Of a DNA stretch of 64,000 bases, positions 29,915 to 38,276 are shown one piece after another. The position numbers and the translations under genes were made by a program. The notes below the pieces were generated by a model. That model was not told the origin of the DNA and made no database searches. It saw nothing but the letters and a program-made list of their open reading frames with translations. Source of the stretch: Limnochordia bacterium (GTDB lineage Bacteria; Bacillota; Limnochordia; DUMW01). Each line of letters starts with the position of its first letter. Positions within the stretch are counted from its first letter, which is position 1. The stretch covers positions 34,781 to 98,780 of the forward strand of contig JALNWK010000001.1 of NCBI GenBank assembly GCA_023230925.1, in the 5' to 3' direction.

Positions 29915-30856
29915 ATGACAAGTATTGCGCAGGCGTTTGGCAGACTGCGGGAGCGTGCTGTCCCGGTTCTAACAGTATGGAGTCATCGGGGTCGGAAGGG
30001 CTTGTTTCAGCTTTTGATTTACATCATCCTGTTTGCGGTAGCGTTTACCTTCTTGCTGCCTATTGTGTATATGACTACGACGGGATTGATGACCATTGAG
30101 GATTACATTGACCCGGGTGTGCATTGGGTTCCGCGCAGCATTAATTGGGAGAACTTTGAGCTTGCTTGGCAAGGATTGCACTATCCAGATGCATTGAAAA
30201 ACAGTGCGATTATTGCGATCTTGGCAGCTGTGGGGCAGGTTATCTCGGCAGGTGTGACCGGATACGCCTTTGGTCGAATGAAGTTTCCTGGACGGGATAT
30301 TCTGTTTGTGTTTTTACTTTTTACCTTCATTGTTCCACCACAGACAATTATTGTTCCGTTGTTTATGTTGTTTAAGGAACTGGAATGGATCGACACCTAT
30401 AATCCATTTATTGTACCGGCATTTTTTGCTCAGGGGTTGCGGGGTTCGTTGTTTGTTCTTATTTTCCGGCAGTTCTTCATGAAGCTTCCCTATGAGCTTG
30501 AGGATGCAGCAAGAATTGATGGATGCGGAGAGTTTCGGACCTTTACCAGTATTATGCTGCCCTTGGCAAGACCGGCCATTTTGGTCACTTTCTTGTTCTC
30601 GTTGGTTTGGCACTGGAATGACTTCTATGAGCCAATGATGTACCTGATGAAGACACAGAAGTTCACGATGCCTTTGCGCTTGAGTATTCTGTGGACTTCG
30701 CTGAATGAATTAACAGGCGGGCAAGCCGGTGATATATACAACCAGCCTTTGATCATGGCTGCATGCTTCCTGGTTATCTTACCTCCACTGATTCTGTATA
30801 TGTTCACACAGCGCTACTTCGTTGAGGGTGTGGAGCGAACAGGACTAGTTGACTAG
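29915..30856 (+). CDS. Carbohydrate ABC transporter permease, MalG/UgpE/LplC-like.
   Basis: EAA loop EDAARIDGCGEFRTFTSIMLPLARPAI. RBS GGAGGAG upstream of ATG 29915. Confidence 0.85.
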   Translation: MTSIAQAFGRLRERAVPVLTVWSHRGRKGLFQLLIYIILFAVAFTFLLPIVYMTTTGLMTIEDYIDPGVHWVPRSINWENFELAWQGLHYPDALKNSAIIAILAAVGQVISAGVTGYAFGRMKFPGRDILFVFLLFTFIVPPQTIIVPLFMLFKELEWIDTYNPFIVPAFFAQGLRGSLFVLIFRQFFMKLPYELEDAARIDGCGEFRTFTSIMLPLARPAILVTFLFSLVWHWNDFYEPMMYLMKTQKFTMPLRLSILWTSLNELTGGQAGDIYNQPLIMAACFLVILPPLILYMFTQRYFVEGVERTGLVD

Positions 30857-30909
30857 TAGTAGAGAATTTGACATGTGGGAGCACAGCAATACGGGTGGGA
30901 GGAGTTCCG

Positions 30910-33066
30910 ATGAATAATCTTGCGAGAACAGGAAAACAGCCTGGAGACAAGAAGCGACTGACAGTCGCTGTTGCTGCAATTGCTGTAGTGGTTATTGTCG
31001 CTGTGGCATTGGTTTTCAGCGGTCGTCCTAAAAACGTCTATAAACTATCGCCTGAATCGGTTACCAAGGTAGCCGTGGCTGGGCGAGTGAATCTAGAACT
31101 GGAAAGAAAAGACCGAGGATGGTTATTGACCGAGCCTATTACCTGGCCGGCGGACGCCACGAGAATGGAGCAAATCATCAGTTTCGTGAGTGGACCGCGT
31201 GGTAGGAAGGCTGGCAGTGCGGGCAGTAACCTGGCCAAGTACGGTCTGGATAACCCGATCGTGAAGGTTGGGGTTGTTGCAGGCTCGGAAAGTCACGTTA
31301 TTCTTATAGGTGGGCGAGTTCCTCGAAAGGCTGCACATTACGTGAAGCTTGAGGAAAACAATAAGGTCTGGGAAGTCAGTGAAGGCGATTTGGGGTTTTT
31401 CACACAACCTGAGACTAGCTACCGTAGCCGTAACCTAGTGGATTTGGATTCCGAGTTAGTTTCCTTGCAGATCGTACGTGGTGAGGAGACTATTGTCCTA
31501 CGCCGGCGGGATGACGGGAAGTGGCAGGTCATCCGACCTATACAGGATGACGGTGACGAAGAGGCCGTCAAGGAGTTGCTCGAGTACCTTGGTTCAGTAC
31601 AGATTCGAGACTTTCTGGATGAACCGGGTGAGTTGAGTGAGTACGGACTTGAGGAGCCCGCGGCAAAAATTATCGCGATTACCGGCGACGGCGAGAAGAT
31701 AGAGGTTAGTATCGGAGATGTTGCCGGACTAGGAGTGCGATATGCCCGTAACGCCGCCTTTGATTCCGTTGTTACCGTTACCGGTGTTCGGTTCGCCCCG
31801 CTGCATATTCAGGCGGAGCAACTAATTGATCAATCTCTCTTAGATTTTGATGTATCCGACGTGGTAGGGCTGCGCATTAGAGATGTGGATAGTGACATAT
31901 CCTTTAGGAAGATCGACGGTGTATGGTATATACATCCCGATACGGATGCTCAGGCAATGGTATTCCATATTAACGCTTTACTTGGTGCTCTGCTAGATGT
32001 CAGAGTAGAGGCAGTGGTTAGCTCCGAGGTGGTTGTCGCCGATGATGAATTGGAGAGCTCTCGGTTTGATGTGGAGTTGGCCGATGGGCGGAAGCTATGG
32101 TTGCGGGTTTTGTTGCCGAAAGAAGGTGTTGGTGAGGGGTTTGTCCAGGTGGCGACCAGACCCCATTATTTCCGGATTTATGAGTTTGCGAGTATGCTCC
32201 TTGCCCGGCGAATCGCCAGTGTAAGCACCAGTATAATTGACCTTCCCATTGAGGATTGTATCGGTTTGCTGGTAATGACGCCTGAAGTAGTTGCTGCTGC
32301 GGGTAAGAAGACTCCAGAACCAGTGGAATTCAAATTTGATGAAGAAAATGCGGTGTGGAAGTCCGGTCGAGACGTCTTCTTTGGTGTTGAGGACTTTTCA
32401 GGAAGCTTAACGGAGATACTTGTGGACCGGGTGGCGCCCAAGCTAGAAAAGGAAGAGGACTACGGGTTCGCGGTGGAAAAGGGTGGCATATGGTATCAGG
32501 CTTCCACGGACAGGGATAGCGTCAAGATGGAGATCGGAGGCGCTACCGAAGAAGGGAAATATCGATATTTGCGTGTATCAGGACGTCCCGACGTATTCTT
32601 GGCTGAGAGCGACTCGATTACTCAGGTTATTGATACCTTTGGCCGGTTGAGGACGAACTTACTACAAATAAATGATGAGTTGCTGGTACGGTTGGAGATT
32701 TACAAGGGCGGTCAGGAGTATAGGGTGGAGAAGTCTGGTGGCAAGTGGTTAGATGTAGGTGCCAGTGATATAGATGCCCTTGTGAAGGCAATGAACCAGA
32801 TCGGTGTTCAGGCGGCTGCGGTTGATGCTGATCCTGAAACGTATAAATTCTATCCGGATCCTGTGGGTGTACGAGTGGTCTTCGTTTACGAAGATGGTTC
32901 CGAGGATAGCATGGATCTTGGTAATCGAATGATGCACGGTGTTGGGTGGTTTGCATCCTACCGTTACTTCCTGCGGGCCACAGGGGACACGGTGTACTAT
33001 GTTGCAGATGCTGTGGGTAAGAGTATCAATACAGCTGTGGACAATTTCATTAAGAAAATCCAGTAA
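30910..33066 (+). CDS. DUF4340-like protein: N-terminal membrane anchor plus repeated extracytoplasmic domains.
   Basis: 718 aa with TM helix LTVAVAAIAVVVIVAVALVF, then about four repeats of roughly 120 aa each (E....W.L..P..W.AD motif). Family name recalled from memory. Confidence 0.55.
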   Translation: MNNLARTGKQPGDKKRLTVAVAAIAVVVIVAVALVFSGRPKNVYKLSPESVTKVAVAGRVNLELERKDRGWLLTEPITWPADATRMEQIISFVSGPRGRKAGSAGSNLAKYGLDNPIVKVGVVAGSESHVILIGGRVPRKAAHYVKLEENNKVWEVSEGDLGFFTQPETSYRSRNLVDLDSELVSLQIVRGEETIVLRRRDDGKWQVIRPIQDDGDEEAVKELLEYLGSVQIRDFLDEPGELSEYGLEEPAAKIIAITGDGEKIEVSIGDVAGLGVRYARNAAFDSVVTVTGVRFAPLHIQAEQLIDQSLLDFDVSDVVGLRIRDVDSDISFRKIDGVWYIHPDTDAQAMVFHINALLGALLDVRVEAVVSSEVVVADDELESSRFDVELADGRKLWLRVLLPKEGVGEGFVQVATRPHYFRIYEFASMLLARRIASVSTSIIDLPIEDCIGLLVMTPEVVAAAGKKTPEPVEFKFDEENAVWKSGRDVFFGVEDFSGSLTEILVDRVAPKLEKEEDYGFAVEKGGIWYQASTDRDSVKMEIGGATEEGKYRYLRVSGRPDVFLAESDSITQVIDTFGRLRTNLLQINDELLVRLEIYKGGQEYRVEKSGGKWLDVGASDIDALVKAMNQIGVQAAAVDADPETYKFYPDPVGVRVVFVYEDGSEDSMDLGNRMMHGVGWFASYRYFLRATGDTVYYVADAVGKSINTAVDNFIKKIQ

Positions 33067-33071
33067 GCAGA

Positions 33072-33100
33072 CGAAGGGGGCGTACGCCCCCTTCGATTTG
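33072..33100 (+). terminator. Strong intrinsic terminator closing the 24.6-33.1 kb operon.
   Basis: Perfect GC-rich stem CGAAGGGGGCG / CGCCCCCTTCG around a tight loop, followed by ATTTGT. Confidence 0.7.
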
Positions 33101-33120
33101 TACTAGAGTACCGTTCTTTC

Positions 33121-33154
33121 AAGAACCTAGGGCCACGCGGAGGTTCTTTTTTTG
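33121..33154 (+). terminator. Second hairpin-plus-U-tract element in tandem with the previous terminator.
   Basis: AAGAACC-(14 nt)-GGTTCTT followed by TTTTTTG. Confidence 0.45.
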
Positions 33155-33271
33155 TTGTGAATGGGGCAATACTAGGGTTAGGAGCGCGTTGTGAGGAACT
33201 TTTCATTGCAGTTGCGAGTCTTGTTGTGATAAACTAGGAAAGTATTAGCGCTGGGGACGGAGGAGATGCGT

Positions 33272-36079
33272 GTGAAGATTAATAGGATTTATGTGCAGAG
33301 GATCAGTGAGCCCCTACAGGCGCGGTTGAGGGAGACTCTTAATTATAGAGGGTACAACGTTGTGGCTTGTAAGATTGAACGGGTCTATCGGTTAGAGGGC
33401 CAGTTCGATGAGGCCGGGTTAATCGATCTTTTGGTCAACCCAGTCTATGAGACGTGGTCCCCGAAGAGTAAACTTGATCCTGAGGAAGGGCCTATTGTTG
33501 AGATTAGCTATAATCGGGCGGTGATCGATCCGGAGACGATTTCGATTCTAGAGGGTGCTAGGGCCGTTGGCACTGACGGTGTGAAGTGGGCTCGTTTGAA
33601 CTACCGCTATCAGTTTGTGGGAGTGTCTGAGGAAGAGGCAGAGAGGATTGCACAGGATGAATTGTATAATCCTGTTATCCAAAAGATTCTGCGAGAAGAA
33701 TGGGATAGCCTGCTACCGTCGGGGGAGAGCGATCCGGTACGGAAGATCGATTTAAGCAGGTGCTCCGATGAAGAATTGATAAGTATATCCGAGGAAAACT
33801 CATGGTATGCCTCTTTGCAGCAAATGAAGGTACTACAGGAGTATCAGCAGGAATTGGGTCGTCCCTTTACCGATGCAGAAATTGAGATTGTGGTCCAAAG
33901 CTGGAGTGATCATTGCTATCATACCACGTGGAAAGCTTTGGGACTACTCAAGAAGCTAAAGAATGCCACCCTAGCCATAGATCATCCCTTGATGGTGTCG
34001 GTGTTTACAGATAACGCTGGTGGTATGGAATTTTATGATGATTGGGTTGTAACCATTAAAGGCGAGACCCACAATTTTCCAAGTTCTATTTCACCCTTTG
34101 GTGGCGTAGCCACAAAACATGGGGGAGTAATCCGTGATACAGTGGGTTTTGGCAAGGGTGCCTATCCCATCGGTGGTAGCACCATCATGGGTACCATGGA
34201 TCCGAGTACGTTGAAGGGACAAGTTCCTTTAGGAGCCCTGCACCCACGGACAATCCTTAAGGAAGCTATCCGAGCAACGGTATTTTACTGTAATCCTATG
34301 GGTATTCCTATGATGTACAGTGCCTATAGAAAGCATCGAAATTACCCGAAGTGCTTAGCGTTAGGGCATTCGATCGGAATACTGCCCCGAAAATATGCCC
34401 TTAAAGATGAGGTTCAGCCTGGGGATTTGGTAGTACTCCTTGGTGGACGGACGGGCAGGGATGGACTGCATGGTGCAACGGCAAGTTCCGCCACCATGAG
34501 CAGAGAGGTCACAGAAAAAGAGGCCGCGGCAGTGCAGATCGGCGACCCCTTAACCGAAGGCAAGTTTATGGAGGCGATCCCCCAATTGCGCGACGCTGAA
34601 TGTATTCGTGCCATTACCGACTTGGGCGCGGGGGGGATTTCGTGTGGGGCCGGAGAGATGGGTGCAGATACGGGGGTTACTCTAGATTTGGATCAGGTGC
34701 CCTTGAAATATCCAAGTCTGTCCGCTTGGGAGATCCTTCTGTCTGAGTCCCAGGAGCGTATGTTACTTGGAGTGCCCGCCGAAAAGATAGGGCAGGTAGG
34801 GCAGATTTTGAAGAAGTATGATGTAGAAATGTCGGTGATCGGAAAGTTTACGGATACGAACCGTTTTCAAGCTACGTGGCAAGGCCAGACTGTCGTTGAT
34901 ATTGAAATGGACTTTCTATGGGGCAAGTGTCCCATCGAACCAATCAGCATTAAAGAACCACAGCAGAAGCAGACCGAAGAGGATGTGGAGGCACCAACAA
35001 GCCTTGCCCAGGTGAAGAAGTCAATTAAACAGGTGCTATCGCATTACCATTGCTGCGACCAATCGCCCGCTGGATTCCAGTTTGACTCAAGTGCCCAGGG
35101 CAGAACTGTCCTTGGACCCTTTGGGGGACAGACCGGTAGAATGCCCACCGGTGCCTTTGTATCGGCGCCCCTTTGGGGAAAACCCTATGGTGTTGTCAGT
35201 ACGTTGGCGTATAACCCCTTTTATGGTGATGTGGATCCTGTGGGGTTGGCCCGACTGATGATGATCGAAGCCATTAGTAAAGCAGTTGCGGTTGGTGCTG
35301 ATCCTGCGGCTATCGCCCTATGCGATAACTTCTACACACCCCGCTGTAACCAAGAGGTTGGTTGGATGCTGAAGGCCATGGTGGAGACCATTTCTGATCT
35401 TTCAGTAAAGCTAAACACCCCATTTATCTCAGGCAAAGACTCAAGTTCCGGTACGTTCGTTTCCAAAGATGGACAAGTCATCGATGTTCCCTATACTTTT
35501 GCAGTGTCGACACTGGGACGGATGCCCGATGTCCGCAAAATGGTAACCAAGGAATTCAAAGGAACAGGAAGCCAAATTGTCCTTGTGGGTACGCTGGATC
35601 CAGAGAAGCTTGGGGGGTCAGTTTACCTCGACTGCTATGGCAAGCGAGGTAATGAACTGGCTGACGTAGCCCATGAACAGATCAGTAGCCTAAGAGAGCT
35701 GTGGGGGACCATTTACCGGACGTATCAAGGGGAGGATAACCCGATTCTTGCAGCAACAGCCATTGGAGAAGGTGGATTGTTCGTTAGGCTCTTTGAAATG
35801 TGTTACGGAGCAGGATGGGGTGCCCAATTGGACCTAGATGCATTACCTGCAGGACGGCTGGACGGGAAGCTATTTAGCGAGGCAGTTGGTGCTTTGTTAG
35901 TGGAGATGCCGACCAGTGTGGATCCTGGAACGGTGTTTTCAGGGTTTCCTTGGCAGGTGATCGGTCAGACCTTGGACGAGCCAGTTATTCAACTACGATT
36001 TGGCTCCGAAAAACTTGATTTACCCATGGATGAGTTAGTCTGCGCCTGGGAGAGTACCTTTAAGGAGATGATCGTGTGA
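33272..36079 (+). CDS. purL: Phosphoribosylformylglycinamidine (FGAM) synthase-like protein with two N-terminal PurS-like domains fused to a small-PurL-type body.
   Basis: Two roughly 65-aa PurS-like repeats (ending LLVNPVYETW and ELYNPVIQKI), then PurL motifs: SDHCYHTTWK, ETHNFPSSISPFGGVATKHGGVIRD, GGRTGRDGLHGAT, VQIGDP, LLSESQERMLL. GTG start with GGAGGAG 8 nt upstream; ATG 33266 is the alternative. Confidence 0.75.
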   Translation: MKINRIYVQRISEPLQARLRETLNYRGYNVVACKIERVYRLEGQFDEAGLIDLLVNPVYETWSPKSKLDPEEGPIVEISYNRAVIDPETISILEGARAVGTDGVKWARLNYRYQFVGVSEEEAERIAQDELYNPVIQKILREEWDSLLPSGESDPVRKIDLSRCSDEELISISEENSWYASLQQMKVLQEYQQELGRPFTDAEIEIVVQSWSDHCYHTTWKALGLLKKLKNATLAIDHPLMVSVFTDNAGGMEFYDDWVVTIKGETHNFPSSISPFGGVATKHGGVIRDTVGFGKGAYPIGGSTIMGTMDPSTLKGQVPLGALHPRTILKEAIRATVFYCNPMGIPMMYSAYRKHRNYPKCLALGHSIGILPRKYALKDEVQPGDLVVLLGGRTGRDGLHGATASSATMSREVTEKEAAAVQIGDPLTEGKFMEAIPQLRDAECIRAITDLGAGGISCGAGEMGADTGVTLDLDQVPLKYPSLSAWEILLSESQERMLLGVPAEKIGQVGQILKKYDVEMSVIGKFTDTNRFQATWQGQTVVDIEMDFLWGKCPIEPISIKEPQQKQTEEDVEAPTSLAQVKKSIKQVLSHYHCCDQSPAGFQFDSSAQGRTVLGPFGGQTGRMPTGAFVSAPLWGKPYGVVSTLAYNPFYGDVDPVGLARLMMIEAISKAVAVGADPAAIALCDNFYTPRCNQEVGWMLKAMVETISDLSVKLNTPFISGKDSSSGTFVSKDGQVIDVPYTFAVSTLGRMPDVRKMVTKEFKGTGSQIVLVGTLDPEKLGGSVYLDCYGKRGNELADVAHEQISSLRELWGTIYRTYQGEDNPILAATAIGEGGLFVRLFEMCYGAGWGAQLDLDALPAGRLDGKLFSEAVGALLVEMPTSVDPGTVFSGFPWQVIGQTLDEPVIQLRFGSEKLDLPMDELVCAWESTFKEMIV

Positions 36080-36792
36080 GTAAGCCGACTATCGCAGTGT
36101 TATATGCGCCTGGTACTACAGCCCATACCGAGACCGCTTTAGCCGTTGAACTTGCGGGCGGTCTGGGCGAGGTCGTTCTGCTAAGCGATCTCATATCTAA
36201 GGACCGTAGTCTCGATGATTACCAGGGGTTGGTGATTCCTGGGGGGTTCTCGTGGGGAGATCATATTGCACCAGGTCGAGTTTTCGCAGCCCATCTCATT
36301 CATCATCTATACGATGATTTAGTGAGACTACGAGAGAAAGGACGGCCCCTGCTTGGAATCGGAAACGGATTTCAAGTCCTCTGTGAAACGGGGATACTGC
36401 CAGATCAACAGATCGGCAAGCGCTCATTAGCCTTGCTGGAGAATGAATCCGGGAAGGCAGAGAATCGTTGGGTCGTTTTGAAGGTGGCTGATAGTAACCA
36501 ACCTTGGTTGCAAGGCTTTCCGCAGGAGTTTTCCATGCCTGTAAGCTGTAGTGCTGGCAGGCTGAGTAGCGAAAATGTTCAGCCCGCCTTCTTATATGTA
36601 GATACGGAAGGACGACCTACAGAGGAGTACCCCCAGAACCCAACTGGGTCCCGTGGTGGTATTGCCGGAGTTATTGATTCGTCGGGTCTAGTCCTTGGCA
36701 TGATGCCGCATCCTGAGCGAGTCTGTAATAATGTCCAGGGTTGTGCAGTGGGTCTTAGGGTATTTGCTAATATGATCGCCATGTTGGAGTAG
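36076..36792 (+). CDS. purQ: PurQ-like class-I glutamine amidotransferase subunit.
   Basis: 238 aa, GATase1-like (IAVLYAPGTT...GGFSWGD...MMPHPER). Start overlaps the purL-like stop as GTGA/ATGA. Confidence 0.75.
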   Translation: MSKPTIAVLYAPGTTAHTETALAVELAGGLGEVVLLSDLISKDRSLDDYQGLVIPGGFSWGDHIAPGRVFAAHLIHHLYDDLVRLREKGRPLLGIGNGFQVLCETGILPDQQIGKRSLALLENESGKAENRWVVLKVADSNQPWLQGFPQEFSMPVSCSAGRLSSENVQPAFLYVDTEGRPTEEYPQNPTGSRGGIAGVIDSSGLVLGMMPHPERVCNNVQGCAVGLRVFANMIAMLE

Positions 36793-37011
36793 GTTGCTTC
36801 GACCGGGAAGCTGCATATTTGCTCTGCTTCGTAGCTCGGGTTGTGCGAGCCATGCGCTGAAGGTCGCGAATTGAGCGAAGTACCATCCGCCAATGGCTTA
36901 CCTTACCGCTAAAGGATGCAATTCCGTACTGGTCCATACTAAACCTCCTCTCGTTCCCAATGCCATTATTGGCCGAAAAGGGGAAGATTATACATTAAGT
37001 TCGGAATAGAA

Positions 37012-37046
37012 GCGGTGGACGTTTTTTGTTCACCGCTCGTTTTTCT
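37012..37046. terminator. Intrinsic terminator after purQ, possibly bidirectional.
   Basis: GCGGTGGAC-gtttttt-GTTCACCGC (9-bp stem with one G-U pair), followed by TCGTTTTTCT. Confidence 0.55.
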
Positions 37047-37054
37047 GTAGATGG

Positions 37055-37180
37055 TTATGAGATCAAGGGGATTACATACTTTGCCAAGAAGTACAAAACG
37101 GCGATGACAATAGCCACAATGGCACCCCATTTGATGGCCGCTACACCTACGTAGTTGCTACGGTCGAATATTTCGTTCAC
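37055..37180 (-). CDS. Possible 41-aa single-TM small membrane protein. Speculative.
   Basis: GTG start with GGGAGG about 10 nt upstream. Sequence VNEIFDRSNYVGVAAIKWGAIVAIVIAVLYFLAKYVIPLIS has one clear hydrophobic helix. It ends next to the terminator hairpin. Too short to appear in the ORF track. Confidence 0.25.
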   Translation of the reverse strand: MNEIFDRSNYVGVAAIKWGAIVAIVIAVLYFLAKYVIPLIS

Positions 37181-37289
37181 GCTAACACAACCTCCCAAGA
37201 GTCTTCTGTGGTTAGTATGGGTCGAAGAAGGACAAGATTATGATCTGGTATAATGGAAATATATGTTCTGGGAATGGGGTGGCTTACCG

Positions 37290-38276
37290 GTGCAAGTAAC
37301 GATTATTGGGGCAGGCAGCTGGGGAACAGCCTTAGCTTACTTAGTAGCCAGCAAAGGACATCAAGTTGTCCTTTGGTCTCGACGAAATGAGGTAGCTTGT
37401 GAGATTAACCGGACTCGGGTAAATGCGACGTATCTACCAGTAGCTCTTCCTTCTTGTGTCAGGGCGACTTCCTGCATCGAGGAAGCCATAGACAGCACCG
37501 GGTTGATCATTTTGACTGTACCTTCTCAGAATATTAGAGGTGTGCTTCAGCAAATGACAGGTCTGGTGGATTCCAAAGTTCCCATCGTGCATGGTGCTAA
37601 GGGGATCGAGATTTCCACTCAGCTTCGGATTTCCCAGGTGGCCGAAGAAGTACTAGGTCGTCCCATAGCTGCCTTATCTGGTCCGAATCATGCAGAGGAA
37701 GCTGCAAATAACATGCCCACCGCTTCTGTGGTGGCCTTTGACGATCTGGGTACTGGCAAGGTTATTCAGGAGATCCTAAGTACTGACCGCTTCCGGGTCT
37801 ATGTAGAAAGGGATGTCGTTGGAGTCGAACTAGGGGGAGCGCTAAAAAACGTGATTGCCTTGGCCGCAGGAATCAGTGACGGACTAGGCTATGGGGATAA
37901 TACCAAAGCGGCCCTGATTACCCGGGGGCTTGCAGAGATTGTCCGGCTAGGGGTGCGTCTTGGCGCGGAGCCTCTGACTTTCTCAGGGCTTTCAGGTCTT
38001 GGGGATCTCGTTGCCACGTGTAGTAGTAAGTGGAGCCGTAACCGAAATGCTGGCGAGAAGATCGGGAAAGGCTGCGACCTGCAAGAGGTCCTTGCCGGGC
38101 CAATGGTGGTAGAAGGCGTTTACACCACCACTGCGGCCTGCCGGTTAGCAGAAACGATAGGTGTTGAACTGCCCATCGCCTCTACCCTAGAGAGGGTGCT
38201 TGGGGGCAGCGTCTCCCCCAAAGCAGCCGTTGATGAACTAATGACAAGACAGCTTAAGCTAGAAAGACCTTTCTAG
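37290..38276 (+). CDS. gpsA: NAD(P)H-dependent glycerol-3-phosphate dehydrogenase.
   Basis: VTIIGAGSWGTALA Rossmann motif and GpsA family length. GTG 37290 with GGGGTGG 7 nt upstream is preferred over the track ATG 37263, which would sit at the predicted transcription start of the TGgTATAAT promoter at 37246-37254. Confidence 0.8.
   Translation: MQVTIIGAGSWGTALAYLVASKGHQVVLWSRRNEVACEINRTRVNATYLPVALPSCVRATSCIEEAIDSTGLIILTVPSQNIRGVLQQMTGLVDSKVPIVHGAKGIEISTQLRISQVAEEVLGRPIAALSGPNHAEEAANNMPTASVVAFDDLGTGKVIQEILSTDRFRVYVERDVVGVELGGALKNVIALAAGISDGLGYGDNTKAALITRGLAEIVRLGVRLGAEPLTFSGLSGLGDLVATCSSKWSRNRNAGEKIGKGCDLQEVLAGPMVVEGVYTTTAACRLAETIGVELPIASTLERVLGGSVSPKAAVDELMTRQLKLERPF

Noticed and set aside
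33155-33271. Purine riboswitch upstream of the purS-purL fusion.
   Set aside because: No guanine-aptamer consensus (the UAUAAUCGCGUGGAUAUGGCACGC and ACCGUAAAU-like elements) is present in the short leader.
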